DNA from: an uncultured delta proteobacterium
Lineage (GTDB): Bacteria > Desulfobacterota > Desulfobacteria > Desulfobacterales > UBA11574
Length of the DNA: 64,000 nt
Direction of reading: 5' to 3'
NCBI GenBank assembly: GCA_963706295.1
Contig: CAVPLW010000022.1
Span: forward strand, 46,437 to 110,436
The translations under genes were made by a program, and so were the position numbers. A model generated the notes under the pieces. That model was given only the letters and a program-made list of their open reading frames with translations. It was not told the DNA's origin and searched no databases. This document shows, piece by piece, positions 9,022 through 17,814 of this stretch (positions are counted from its first letter, which is position 1; each line of letters begins with the position of its first letter).

Positions 9022-10710
9022 TTATAGCTTTCTGGATCGCAAAATCATGATGATGAGCCAGACGGCCAGAATTGTGGCAATGACATAGCCGGTCAGTCCT
9101 AAAAACGCTGTCAGGGAAACCCCTTTAAAGCCGAAAAAATTGACCGTAAATAAAAAGATGTGTTTGGGTGCATTCAACACCATAGCAGCGGCAATGAGCG
9201 AAGCGGAAATGACCAACCCGACGATCACCCGATTAATGCTTTTTATAAGCTGGGTATTGATTTCCTGAAAACCGGTATGCCGGAGTTCTATCCGCTGTTT
9301 GCCTTTGGCGGTTTGATCGAGAATATTATGGACAAGCTTGGGCATCATTTTCATATGGTTGCCCATGGCCAACGTGTCTTTTCGAATATTTCTCAAGACG
9401 CTTTTTGCCAGATAACTGCGTTTGAGCAGTTCTTTGGCATAGGGTTTCGTTATTTCTAAAAGGCTGGCGTCACTTCCCAGTATCTTGCCGAGGGCTTCTG
9501 TCTGAATAAATGTCTTAAAGAGGAGCAAAAGATTCCTCGGCAACCGAATCCTGTATTTGTATACCAGATGAATGACCTGGTCATAGACTTCTTTGATCGA
9601 AACCGTCTGCAAACTCCGTCCATAAAAAGGCTCACTCGTATCCATAAGGTCCCTGCGGAAGCCCTTGAGGTCCATGGTATCTTCGTTGATGAGTTCGGTA
9701 TCCAGCAATGCTTCCATCACCATATCATAGTCATGTTCAGCATAGCCCAGAAAGAGATTTGCGATGTGCTGCATGGTGTCATCGTCCAGATAACCCGTAA
9801 TGCCGAAATCGACCAGACTGACACGACCGTCAAACATGACGATGGTATTTCCGGAATGGGGATCTGCATGGAAAAAACCGAAATCCATCAATTGGCGAGA
9901 AAAGGAACGGAGTCCGATCAATGCGATTTCCTTTGGGTCGATACCATGAGCCTTGATGTCATCCACCCGGTCCATTTTAATGCCGGGGATATGTTCCATG
10001 GTCAGGACCGATTTTGAAGTGTAATCCCAATAGACTTTAGGAATATAAATTTCATCGATCGTTTCGAAGTTCTTGGCAAATTTCTCTATATTCCCGGCTT
10101 CGATGAACATGTCGAGTTCTTTAAAAATAATCCGTTCAAATTCTTTTACCAGATTAACGGCACCGATGACACGGGCGATTTCAAAGGCTTTTTCAGCTCT
10201 TTTTGCGATGGCGTTCATCAGGCGGATATCTTTGCGGATTTCCTTGTCAATGTCCGGGCGAATGACTTTGACAGCAACCTGTTCGCCGCTGAAAAGCCTG
10301 GCCATATGGACCTGTGCCACGGAAGCGGCGGCCATGGATTCCCGTGTAAACTCAGCAAAAATATCTTCCAAAGGACGTCTGAGTTCTTTCTGGATAATAT
10401 CCCTGATATGGTTGAAAGGTACCGGCGGTACCTGGTCCTGAAGTTTTGTAAATTCTTCAATGTATTCGGGCGGGAATACGTCGGCCCGGGTGCTGAGTAA
10501 TTGGCCGAGTTTGATAAAACTGGGGCCTAGCTCTTCTAATACGAGCCGAACACGCTGGGGAGAAGGAAAGCCGTTTTGGGCCGTTAATTCTTTTTCTTCT
10601 TGATCAACAGTGCTTGTTTCCGTTCTTTTGAAAAGCCTTTCGGCAATATTTCCAAAGCCGTGTTTGATCAGGATTCGAATTATTTTTCCAAGCCGCCAGA
10701 ATTCTTTCAC
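9022..10710 (-). CDS. ubiB: ABC1/UbiB-family atypical kinase
   Basis: 562 aa. LGPSFIKLGQLLSTRADVFPPEYIEEFTKLQDQVPP and FFHADPHSGN are hallmark UbiB/ABC1 motifs, and two TM helices lie at the C-terminus. Confidence 0.9.
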   Translation of the reverse strand: MKEFWRLGKIIRILIKHGFGNIAERLFKRTETSTVDQEEKELTAQNGFPSPQRVRLVLEELGPSFIKLGQLLSTRADVFPPEYIEEFTKLQDQVPPVPFNHIRDIIQKELRRPLEDIFAEFTRESMAAASVAQVHMARLFSGEQVAVKVIRPDIDKEIRKDIRLMNAIAKRAEKAFEIARVIGAVNLVKEFERIIFKELDMFIEAGNIEKFAKNFETIDEIYIPKVYWDYTSKSVLTMEHIPGIKMDRVDDIKAHGIDPKEIALIGLRSFSRQLMDFGFFHADPHSGNTIVMFDGRVSLVDFGITGYLDDDTMQHIANLFLGYAEHDYDMVMEALLDTELINEDTMDLKGFRRDLMDTSEPFYGRSLQTVSIKEVYDQVIHLVYKYRIRLPRNLLLLFKTFIQTEALGKILGSDASLLEITKPYAKELLKRSYLAKSVLRNIRKDTLAMGNHMKMMPKLVHNILDQTAKGKQRIELRHTGFQEINTQLIKSINRVIVGLVISASLIAAAMVLNAPKHIFLFTVNFFGFKGVSLTAFLGLTGYVIATILAVWLIIMILRSRKL

Positions 10711-10805
10711 GCTGTTGTCCCCTGAAAAATAAAATGATGAACATTCAAGCTCTGGATTACAAAACCTGAATTTACTTTTTTCGGTTTTTCCATGTAAAAA
10801 TCGAC

Positions 10806-11087
10806 TCAGGCTTCCTCGTGTTCAACCTTAATAGCTTTGGGCCACTTTTTACCGATTTCTTCCAGCTTTTCAGGTTCAGCGATATACCGTTCGAGGTAAC
10901 CGCATTCCTTGCAGACATAATTGTCAAGCGCAGCAATGGAAACAATGCTGATGGGGATGCTGTTGCTGCCGAAGGGACCGCTTTTCGGCAATACCTCAAC
11001 TCCCGCATAAATTTCTTCAGATCCACATTTGGGGCATTTTCCCTGTTTCAAGTTGACACCTCCTTGCCCGGATAAACCGGGAATCAA
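10806..11087 (-). CDS. Small zinc-ribbon protein (two CxxC pairs), function unknown
   Basis: CPKCGSEE ... CKECGY. A strong RBS (AAGGAGGTG) precedes an internal TTG at 11051, so the real start is probably 11051 (81 aa) rather than 11087. Confidence 0.65.
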   Translation of the reverse strand: MIPGLSGQGGVNLKQGKCPKCGSEEIYAGVEVLPKSGPFGSNSIPISIVSIAALDNYVCKECGYLERYIAEPEKLEEIGKKWPKAIKVEHEEA

Positions 11088-11129
11088 AATATCTTTATTA
11101 CTGCATTACGCAACGGTATTTGTCAAGCG

Positions 11130-11335
11130 TGTAACTATTGTCCATTCATAAATGGCCCTTTTTGTCCTGCTCGGCGTTCTCCGCGGGTTTCCGGCTGCGG
11201 CGTACAGACGTACGCCTTCCTGTCCCGCTTTGCGGGGACCGCAAACCCTTGTGCGGCCTTGATCAGAACAAAAACTGCTCATTTCTGAATTGGACACCCA
11301 TTGTGTTCATTTTTGATTCATGGATGGACACTAAC
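11130..11335. ncRNA. Candidate structured RNA of unknown class (GC-rich hairpin cluster in an AT-rich spacer)
   Basis: The ends pair (TGTCCATTCAT at 11139 with ATGGATGGACA near 11320). CCCTTTTTGTCCTGCTC pairs with GATCAGAACAAAAA. Internal hairpins are GCGTAC-AGAC-GTACGC, CCGC-TTT-GCGG and CCGCA...TGCGG. Neither ORF across it looks protein-like. Strand and class are unresolved. Confidence 0.3.
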
Positions 11336-11362
11336 TAAGGTTTATTAGCCATTTTTATATCA

Positions 11363-12055
11363 TCAAAATCGCAGACCCTTGATTAAAAAATATATCCCCA
11401 CACCGATCATCAGCATCGAACCGATTTTATAAATTATGTCTCTTGACTTCAACCAGCCCATTCCGGAAAGCCTGGCCACCATTAAAAGCGACGGAACGGT
11501 ACCGATGCCAAACACGGTCATGAGCCCCATTCCTGAAAGAACGGCTTTAAACGTGTTTTGAGTTTCCATGCCTAATCCGGCCGCTGCAATCAGAGCCGTA
11601 TACACCGGACCGCACGGCAGCAGGCCGAGCACCAAACCCAGTGGAAGAAAGGCTGCGGTGGATTGTATGCCGGACAATTTGCGAAAACTCCGTGAAATGA
11701 TTCCTTCGGGGCGGCAATAATTCCCGAAAATCTGTCCCAGTGGAATCCATCCGCTCATGCCCAGCCCCATAACGATGATGATGAGCCCTGCAAAGATCAT
11801 GGCGCCTTTTTGCAGGCTGCCGATGCCGGTGGTTATTCGAGTAAAAGCGCCGGTAGCGCCCATGACGCCGCCGAGAACAGCATAGGTGGAAATCCGACCC
11901 GCGTGGTACAACAGGTTCGGGGCCATAACCCCTTTCGTCTTTAAATTAAGAGAGAAAGAAACAACGATTGGGCCGCACATGCCGATACAATGCCCGAAAC
12001 CAACGACAAAACCGGTGGCTAAGAACGTAAGGTATAAGGCCTCAATAGATGACAT
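11363..12055 (-). CDS. DsbD_2 / TauE-like family integral membrane protein (COG2836-type)
   Basis: GFGHCIGMCGPIV motif in TM1 and PCGPVY later, with six or more TM helices. ATG 12055 has a GGAG RBS and overlaps the upstream gene by 14 nt. The track start at 12136 adds a non-membrane leader and is less likely. Confidence 0.8.
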   Translation of the reverse strand: MSSIEALYLTFLATGFVVGFGHCIGMCGPIVVSFSLNLKTKGVMAPNLLYHAGRISTYAVLGGVMGATGAFTRITTGIGSLQKGAMIFAGLIIIVMGLGMSGWIPLGQIFGNYCRPEGIISRSFRKLSGIQSTAAFLPLGLVLGLLPCGPVYTALIAAAGLGMETQNTFKAVLSGMGLMTVFGIGTVPSLLMVARLSGMGWLKSRDIIYKIGSMLMIGVGIYFLIKGLRF

Positions 12056-12533
12056 CGAAAATAAACTCCACGGATCCCATGTCCGGAACAGTGACCGTCG
12101 CTTTCCAAATTCTTTTTCCGCTGGGACATCGCACAATGGTGCCGGTTCCGGAATAAACGCCTTTTCCGTTGGATTTGAGAAACACCCGGTTGGGGCCCAT
12201 TTTCATGCCCGGCATTCCAAGATCGATAAAAGGTTCGGATACGCCTTGCTTCCCGGTCAGGGTAATGGTGAACTTGAGATCTGTCATGGCTTTAACCGGT
12301 TTGGGGCTGATATCAAGGATGATATCCGTGTCCTGAAGCTTCTGTGTACAGGTGCCATGATGGACATCGCAATTTATCATCTTGGAATGATCCGCTGCTT
12401 GTGACGAAATTGGAAGGACAAGAGTAAAGAAAAAAAGCATGCCGATCCATAACCCACACAACAGGCACGTATTCCTCGATGGAAATCTCGTCTGGACAAA
12501 ATGTGATTTTGTTTTGTCATCTGAACAGAGCAT
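12042..12533 (-). CDS. Secreted FixH/YtkA-like domain protein
   Basis: Signal peptide LLCGLWIGMLFFFTLVLPISSQAA, then a beta-rich domain (DISPKPVKAMTDLKFTITL). ATG 12533 is preceded by GGAGGTAAAG. The track start at 12626 is a TTG without an RBS. Confidence 0.75.
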   Translation of the reverse strand: MLCSDDKTKSHFVQTRFPSRNTCLLCGLWIGMLFFFTLVLPISSQAADHSKMINCDVHHGTCTQKLQDTDIILDISPKPVKAMTDLKFTITLTGKQGVSEPFIDLGMPGMKMGPNRVFLKSNGKGVYSGTGTIVRCPSGKRIWKATVTVPDMGSVEFIFDVIY

Positions 12534-12775
12534 CTTTACCTCCGCATAAAAAGGGTTGAGGGTTTTATGACCTGAATGTTGCACGAGTCGGAGGCTTTCA
12601 CCTGCTGCGTTATTAAGGGCTCGCAAAAGTGCACTATGGCTTCGCCCTTAAATGCCTTGCATATAAAAGCCTCCAACCCGTTCAATATCCAAGTATGAAA
12701 AGCCAAAAAGGGACCTGTTCGTCTTTATTAATATGTCGTCAAAAACACATCAAGCTTTATTTATTCTCCGGTTAA

Positions 12776-12981
12776 GCGGTTCAGGGTTCCCCGGTGAAAT
12801 GGGCATTGCCCTTCACTATCGTGAATTTCACTGGGCAGGCAAGGTTCAAGGTTCAGGGTTTAGCAACACTTGTCAGTTCACCCAATGGATGATTGTTGCC
12901 GTTGGCTATAAACAGATCGCGATGAGCTATAACTGAAAATCCTTTACAACCTTGAACGTTGAACGGGGAACCTGGAACCGC
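12776..12981. repeat. 206-bp element bounded by 18-bp imperfect inverted repeats, with internal GGTTCA(A/G)GG repeats and GTGAA palindromes
   Basis: GCGGTTCAGGGTTCCCCG (12776-12793) versus CGGGGAACCTGGAACCGC (12964-12981). The inner 17-nt arm GTTCAAGGTTCAGGGTT pairs with AACCTTGAACGTTGAAC (12947-12963). Internal features are GTGAAATGGGCA/TTGCCCTTCAC and GTGAA-T-TTCAC. Confidence 0.6.
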
Positions 12982-13116
12982 TCAATTAAGATTATAATAA
13001 AACTTAAGATTCTTTTTCATGAAAGATTCAGGTGATATTGCTTGATACTTGAAGGGTCCTTTGTTAAGGTGGCTCAAAAAAAATTTGGGTTTCAACACAT
13101 AATAAAACTCTGTGAG

Positions 13117-13929
13117 ATGTTGATGAAACGAAAAAAATGGCTTGATGAATATCGCCGACAGAATCGATTTGAGGACGACCGGCGCTCTAAAAAAACAGCC
13201 TATTTCGGTTACCGAAAAGTTTCCGTGGATGAAAAATCACAATGGGTTCTGCGACATTTCAATACCGTTGCCAAAAGATACGATCTGATGAACACGCTGT
13301 TGAGTTTTGGCATCCATCATCTGTGGAAGCGGACCGCCATCACGATCATGAACCTGAATCCCGGAGACCGGGTGCTGGATGTGTGCGGTGGTACCGGCGA
13401 TCTGGCGATTCTGGCTGCCGGACCTGTCGGCCGGTCCGGCCGGGTGATCATATACGACATCAACCGGGCCATGATCGAGGCCGGTGTGCGCAAGGTAACC
13501 CATTTGTCGTTAGAAGAGCGTATCCGGTTTGTTCAAGGAGATGCCGAACACGTGTCTTTTCCGGACGGATATTTCGATGCCGCCATGGTGGGTTTCGGAA
13601 TTCGCAATGTCACCCATATGGATCAGGGGTTTAAAGAGATATGCCGCGTGCTGAAACCCGGGGGGAAAATGATGTGCCTGGAGTTTTCAAAACCGACATC
13701 GCCGTTATTCCGGTGGTTGTACGATATTTACTCATTTCATGTGATGCCGGCGCTCGGTGAGGTTATCGCGGGATCAAGCAAGGCATACCTGCATCTAACC
13801 GAATCCATTCGAACTTTTGCATTGCCGAATGAGCTGACGGCTGTGTTGAAACAGGTGGGATTCTCAACAGTGACGGAACGTAAACTCACCAACGGTATTG
13901 CAATGATTCATCTGGGTGTCAAAGGATAA
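13117..13929 (+). CDS. ubiE: Demethylmenaquinone / ubiquinone C-methyltransferase (UbiE/MenG family)
   Basis: HFNTVAKRYDLMNTLLSFGIHHLWKR and VLDVCGGTGDLA are the canonical UbiE motifs. The track ORF starts at TTG 13042; ATG 13117 gives the normal length. Confidence 0.88.
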   Translation: MLMKRKKWLDEYRRQNRFEDDRRSKKTAYFGYRKVSVDEKSQWVLRHFNTVAKRYDLMNTLLSFGIHHLWKRTAITIMNLNPGDRVLDVCGGTGDLAILAAGPVGRSGRVIIYDINRAMIEAGVRKVTHLSLEERIRFVQGDAEHVSFPDGYFDAAMVGFGIRNVTHMDQGFKEICRVLKPGGKMMCLEFSKPTSPLFRWLYDIYSFHVMPALGEVIAGSSKAYLHLTESIRTFALPNELTAVLKQVGFSTVTERKLTNGIAMIHLGVKG

Positions 13930-13945
13930 AACATAAGGTACAACC

Positions 13946-14548
13946 ATGAAACTGAACTGGGCTGAACGGTGGGTGGTCAACAATCCCCTAAGGGTATTTC
14001 AGCAACACATAGAGATTAAATGGTTACGACATATGATGCCGCTGAATCCGGAGGCAACCATTCTGGAGGTGGGATGCGGACGCGGCGCAGGGGCAAAATT
14101 GATCCGTAGAGCCTTTAAACCGTCTCAACTGCATATACTGGATCTGGACATTAAAATGATTCAAGGGGCAAAGACGTATCTTTCAGGAGCGACAAAAGAT
14201 ATTATGATGATGTATGTGGGAGACTCCATTGATCTTCCATTCAAATCAGATGCACTGGATGCGCTGTTCGGATTCGGTTTTTTGCATCATGTTCCAAACT
14301 GGCGCCGGGCACTTTCGGAAGTCGCCAGGGTTTTGAAGTCCGGAGGTGTGTATTATATGGAGGAGCTTTACCCTTCACTCTATCAGAATGTTATCACCAA
14401 ACGCATCCTTCTTCACCCCGAACATGATCGTTTTACCAGCAAGGATCTTCGAGCCGAACTGGATGCAGCGGGTTTAAGTCTTATAAACTCTTTTGAGCTG
14501 AAAAAAATGGGAATCCTGGGAGTGGCCGTCAAGTCGGATGGACATTAG
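13946..14548 (+). CDS. Class I SAM-dependent methyltransferase
   Basis: Motif I ILEVGCGRGAGA and a post-I acidic residue (ILDLD), 200 aa. Confidence 0.85.
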   Translation: MKLNWAERWVVNNPLRVFQQHIEIKWLRHMMPLNPEATILEVGCGRGAGAKLIRRAFKPSQLHILDLDIKMIQGAKTYLSGATKDIMMMYVGDSIDLPFKSDALDALFGFGFLHHVPNWRRALSEVARVLKSGGVYYMEELYPSLYQNVITKRILLHPEHDRFTSKDLRAELDAAGLSLINSFELKKMGILGVAVKSDGH

Positions 14549-14561
14549 GCAAAGTCTCAGA

Positions 14562-15386
14562 TCATTTATTACCGAATTCGGATTCGTATTTTGCGGGGTA
14601 ATCGGCACGACCGATTACCCCGTGTGCCAGGCGTATATGCTCCACATTTCTCCAGTCCACACCAAGAAGTTCTGCACCGTATGCATCCACTGCAACGGGG
14701 TCGAAGCCTCCGATCAGCTTGCACACAGGCGGGCTGCATTCCGGTCCTCCGAGATGATGGCATGACAAACCCACGCTTCCGTCCAAAATGGTGAGATCGG
14801 GTGTTCGGTATAGATTCATCTCGAATATTGAGCGGTGCATGTTTTTGTGGAACTTCGATTTTTTCCAGATAAATCCGCCGTAGTGATCCGGAGGAGCACA
14901 ACCGAGCATGTTCTTCATGGTAAGGGTAACTTTTGCAAGGGAATGTTTTTTGAGAACCGGAACCGATATCAAAAATGAATCCATCACCAGCCGGGGCATT
15001 ATGAACTCGGGGAAGACATGGCAACGGTGATCGGTGAGCTCCGTTGTTTCGGCATGATTGAGATCCACCAGAACAATACCGTTGGACTTGGCCAGATCCG
15101 AGTAGCCGAGTTTACGAAAAGGCCTGTGAGTATTATACACAGGTGCACCGCACCCTTCTGCAATTATGGTTTCGGCATTGCTCACAGACTTTACGAAGTC
15201 GGCTATTGCAGCCACAAGTTGGACCGGTGTGGTTATGGGAGGCTGTGAAGTGTTGACCAGGTTGGGCTTGATAACGACTCTTTTCTGTTCACCAAGGACT
15301 CGCGCCGCACCAAGCAACTCCATAAGCGCCGGCACGCTCTCCTCATAACTGCAAAAATCAACAATGCCAAGCGGTGTTTTGTTCAT
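14562..15386 (-). CDS. DUF362 domain-containing protein
   Basis: 274 aa with VVIKPNLV and the layout typical of the DUF362 family, which is common in anaerobes. Confidence 0.75.
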   Translation of the reverse strand: MNKTPLGIVDFCSYEESVPALMELLGAARVLGEQKRVVIKPNLVNTSQPPITTPVQLVAAIADFVKSVSNAETIIAEGCGAPVYNTHRPFRKLGYSDLAKSNGIVLVDLNHAETTELTDHRCHVFPEFIMPRLVMDSFLISVPVLKKHSLAKVTLTMKNMLGCAPPDHYGGFIWKKSKFHKNMHRSIFEMNLYRTPDLTILDGSVGLSCHHLGGPECSPPVCKLIGGFDPVAVDAYGAELLGVDWRNVEHIRLAHGVIGRADYPAKYESEFGNK

Positions 15387-15391
15387 ATTTA

Positions 15392-15459
15392 TCCTAAAAA
15401 ATTTTCCGGTCTGCTGAACTGTAAGGGCGTTGCTAAAATTAAGGGTGCGAAACTTGAAT
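15392..15459 (+). repeat. Dispersed intergenic repeat, copy 1b (core TTAAGGGTGCGAAACTTGAAT)
   Basis: Aligns with 8091-8160: CCTAAAAAATTTTCCGG...CTGCT...TTGCTAAAATTAAGGGTGCGAAACTTGAAT. Confidence 0.75.
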
Positions 15460-15552
15460 TATATATCTACACGCATGAGTTTTTGCCGTCAATAATGAAG
15501 TGAAAGCTCATATCATCATAAAATCGTTAAATGATTTTATTGACACAAGAAG

Positions 15553-17004
15553 ATGTCTTGGCTAATTTTGTATTTGGTTAGACCTTTAAAAACACCTTCA
15601 ATGAATTTGAAACATTTTTTTATGCTGCAAGATATTAAAAACCATACAAAAATCATTTTAGACAGCATTGCCGATGGTGTTTTTACCGTCGATTCTGATT
15701 GGAAGATTAGCTCTTTTAACCGGGCCGCCGAGAAAATCACCGGTATCAAAAAAGAGGAAGCAATCGGTCGATATTGCTGGGAGGTTTTTAAGGCCAGCAT
15801 ATGTGAAAAAGACTGTTCCATGAGAAGAACCATGGAAACGGGGCGTCCCATTATCAATCAACACATATTTATCGTTAATTCAAAAGGGGATCGGATTCCG
15901 GTTAGTATTTCAACCGCCATTTTAAAAGACAAAAACGGCAGCGTCATCGGGGGAGTGGAGACATTTCGTGATTTGAGTGTTGTGGAACAACTGCGTAAGG
16001 AATTGGCCAAGCAGCATACCTTTTATGACATTATTAGTAAAAACCGGGAAATGCAACGGCTGTTTGAAATGCTGGAACTGGTGTCCGGAAATGATACCAC
16101 TGTTCTTTTAGAAGGTGAAAGCGGCACGGGAAAAGAGCTTTTTGCAAGGGCCATTCACTCCCTCAGCCAACGAAAAAAGGAACCTATAATTACTGTAAAC
16201 TGCGGCGCTTTACCGGACACGCTCCTTGAATCCGAACTCTTCGGATACAAAGCGGGTGCCTTTACCGATGCAAAAAAGGATAAACCGGGAAGGTTTGCTC
16301 AGGCTGAGAATGGAACCCTTTTTTTGGATGAAATTGGAGACATCTCTCCAATGCTCCAGATGCGGCTCTTGCGTGTCCTTCAGGAGAAAGTGTATGAGCC
16401 TCTCGGCAGCACAACATCCGAAAAGGCAGATGTGCGCATCGTAGCAGCCACCAATAAAAACCTGGAGGGGTTGGTACAACAGGGATTGTTTCGAGAAGAT
16501 CTTTATTACCGGATCAATATTGTTAAACTTTTTTTGCCCCCTTTAAGGGAGCGCAAAGAAGATATTCCTCTGCTGGCGGAGCATTTTCTTCGAAGATTTA
16601 ACAGTCTGCGCGGGAAGGAAATTCAAGGACTATCGCCCAAAGCAATGAACATTCTGATGTCTTATGATTTCCCGGGTAATATAAGGGAGTTGGAAAATAT
16701 CGTTGAATATGCCACCGTGGTTTGTAAAAATCATTGGGTCGAAAAAGAACATCTGCCTGGAACTCTCCACCAGAAGATAGACATAAGGAAAATACCAGCC
16801 TCTGAAAAAATCATTAAAAGTGAGCCTTCATTAGAAGCCGTGGAAAAAGATATTATTTACAAGACGCTTAAGAAAAATAACTGGAATCGAAAGTTAACCG
16901 CCGTCCAAATGGGCATTCATCCGTCGACCCTCTGGCGTAAGATGAAACGTTTAAATATCATAGCGCCCAAACAGGATGGTCGGTCGAGGACCGGTGCTGT
17001 TTAA
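15553..17004 (+). CDS. Sigma-54-dependent transcriptional activator (PAS-AAA+-HTH) adjacent to the cooS operon
   Basis: GESGTGKELFARAIH, YKAGAFTDA and a C-terminal HTH. The PAS domain carries a three-Cys motif GRYCWEVFKASICEKDCSM. An alternative start is ATG 15601 (MNLKHFF...). Confidence 0.9.
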   Translation: MSWLILYLVRPLKTPSMNLKHFFMLQDIKNHTKIILDSIADGVFTVDSDWKISSFNRAAEKITGIKKEEAIGRYCWEVFKASICEKDCSMRRTMETGRPIINQHIFIVNSKGDRIPVSISTAILKDKNGSVIGGVETFRDLSVVEQLRKELAKQHTFYDIISKNREMQRLFEMLELVSGNDTTVLLEGESGTGKELFARAIHSLSQRKKEPIITVNCGALPDTLLESELFGYKAGAFTDAKKDKPGRFAQAENGTLFLDEIGDISPMLQMRLLRVLQEKVYEPLGSTTSEKADVRIVAATNKNLEGLVQQGLFREDLYYRINIVKLFLPPLRERKEDIPLLAEHFLRRFNSLRGKEIQGLSPKAMNILMSYDFPGNIRELENIVEYATVVCKNHWVEKEHLPGTLHQKIDIRKIPASEKIIKSEPSLEAVEKDIIYKTLKKNNWNRKLTAVQMGIHPSTLWRKMKRLNIIAPKQDGRSRTGAV

Positions 17005-17023
17005 TGTTGCATATTTGCATATT

Positions 17024-17065
17024 TGCATTACCATGTATTGCAAAGTTGCAATACATGGTAATGCA
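17024..17065 (+). promoter_or_regulatory. Perfect 20-bp-arm palindrome, candidate enhancer (UAS) for the downstream sigma-54 promoter; it could also act as a terminator hairpin for the activator gene
   Basis: TGCATTACCATGTATTGCAA-AG-TTGCAATACATGGTAATGCA, preceded by TTGCATATTTGCATATTTGCAT (three TTTGCAT units). It lies 85-125 bp upstream of the -24 element at 17149. Confidence 0.6.
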
Positions 17066-17148
17066 TCAAACCTTTTGAGAACAATTCTATTTACAATTTT
17101 CCCCAATAATCCAACATATTATTACTTATAGTCTATTTCCCCACAATC

Positions 17149-17163
17149 TGGCATTCAAATTGC
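17149..17163 (+). promoter_or_regulatory. Sigma-54 (-24/-12) promoter of the NifX-like/cooS operon
   Basis: TGGCAT-TCAAA-TTGC with the correct GG-N10-GC spacing, about 95 nt upstream of ATG 17256. Confidence 0.75.
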
Positions 17164-17255
17164 TTTTTAAACCAGTAGTGTAATTTTTATTGTCAGAATT
17201 TCTTATTTATACCCTTAATTTTCACAAACAATATCCGGTGAAAGGGAGTTTAGCC

Positions 17256-17729
17256 ATGAAAATAGCTGTTAGTTCCAGCGGCAAGGATCTTGACTCGTTG
17301 ATCGACCCGAGATTCGGCCGATGCCCATATTTTTTAATGGTCGAAACAGACGATATGAGTTTTGAGGTCTTTGATAATCAAAGCATGGCCTCAGGTGGTG
17401 GCGCCGGTATCCAGTCTGCCCAGTTTATAAGTTCCAAAGGAGCCAAAGCCGTCATCACCGGCAATTGCGGGCCCAATGCAGTGAAAACACTTGCTGCTGC
17501 GGGTATTGAAGTGTTTCTAGGAAATACAGGGATCGTAAGAGAAGTGCTTCAAAAGTTTAAAAATGGAGAGTTGACATCCACGAACTTGGCCAATGCACCT
17601 GAATACAGTGGTTTGGCCGGTAGAAAAAGTTTTAACCGCGGTATGGGGGCGGGAGGTCAAAGAGGTATGGGCCGTGGCAGGGGGATGGGGGGCCAAAGAG
17701 GTTTGGGCGCCGGCAGAAACAGGACATAA
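17256..17729 (+). CDS. NifB/NifX-like (dinitrogenase FeMo-cofactor-binding fold) protein with a Gly/Arg-rich C-terminal tail
   Basis: MKIAVSSSGKDLDSLIDPRFGRCPYFLMVE...ITGNCGPNA is typical of the NifX/NifB C-terminal domain family. The tail is GMGAGGQRGMGRGRGMGGQRGLGAGRNRT. ATG 17256 follows an AAAGGGAG RBS; the track start at 17190 is less likely. Confidence 0.8.
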   Translation: MKIAVSSSGKDLDSLIDPRFGRCPYFLMVETDDMSFEVFDNQSMASGGGAGIQSAQFISSKGAKAVITGNCGPNAVKTLAAAGIEVFLGNTGIVREVLQKFKNGELTSTNLANAPEYSGLAGRKSFNRGMGAGGQRGMGRGRGMGGQRGLGAGRNRT

Positions 17730-17814
17730 CGTCATGTTAAACGCCGATTCTATGGCGTAATCTTTTCTTGGAACGGGATGTAATAGTGTAGATTGATATA
17801 TCGGAGGCAATAAG

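Noticed and set aside
11170-11262. Possible SRP (4.5S) RNA on the minus strand, because of CAGGAA...GCAGCC flanking a hairpin.
   Set aside because: The conserved helix-8 apex (a short helix capped by a GNRA/GGAA tetraloop right next to the symmetric loop) is replaced by a 7-bp GGCGUAC/GUACGCC stem with a GUCU loop. The flanking sequence does not match the ACCAGGUCAGG context either. I kept it only as an unclassified structured-RNA candidate.
12733-12936. 67-aa ORF (MSSKTHQALFILRLSGSGFPGEMG...) as a real gene.
   Set aside because: It has no RBS, lies across the inverted-repeat element, and its sequence is dictated by the GGTTCAGGG repeats.
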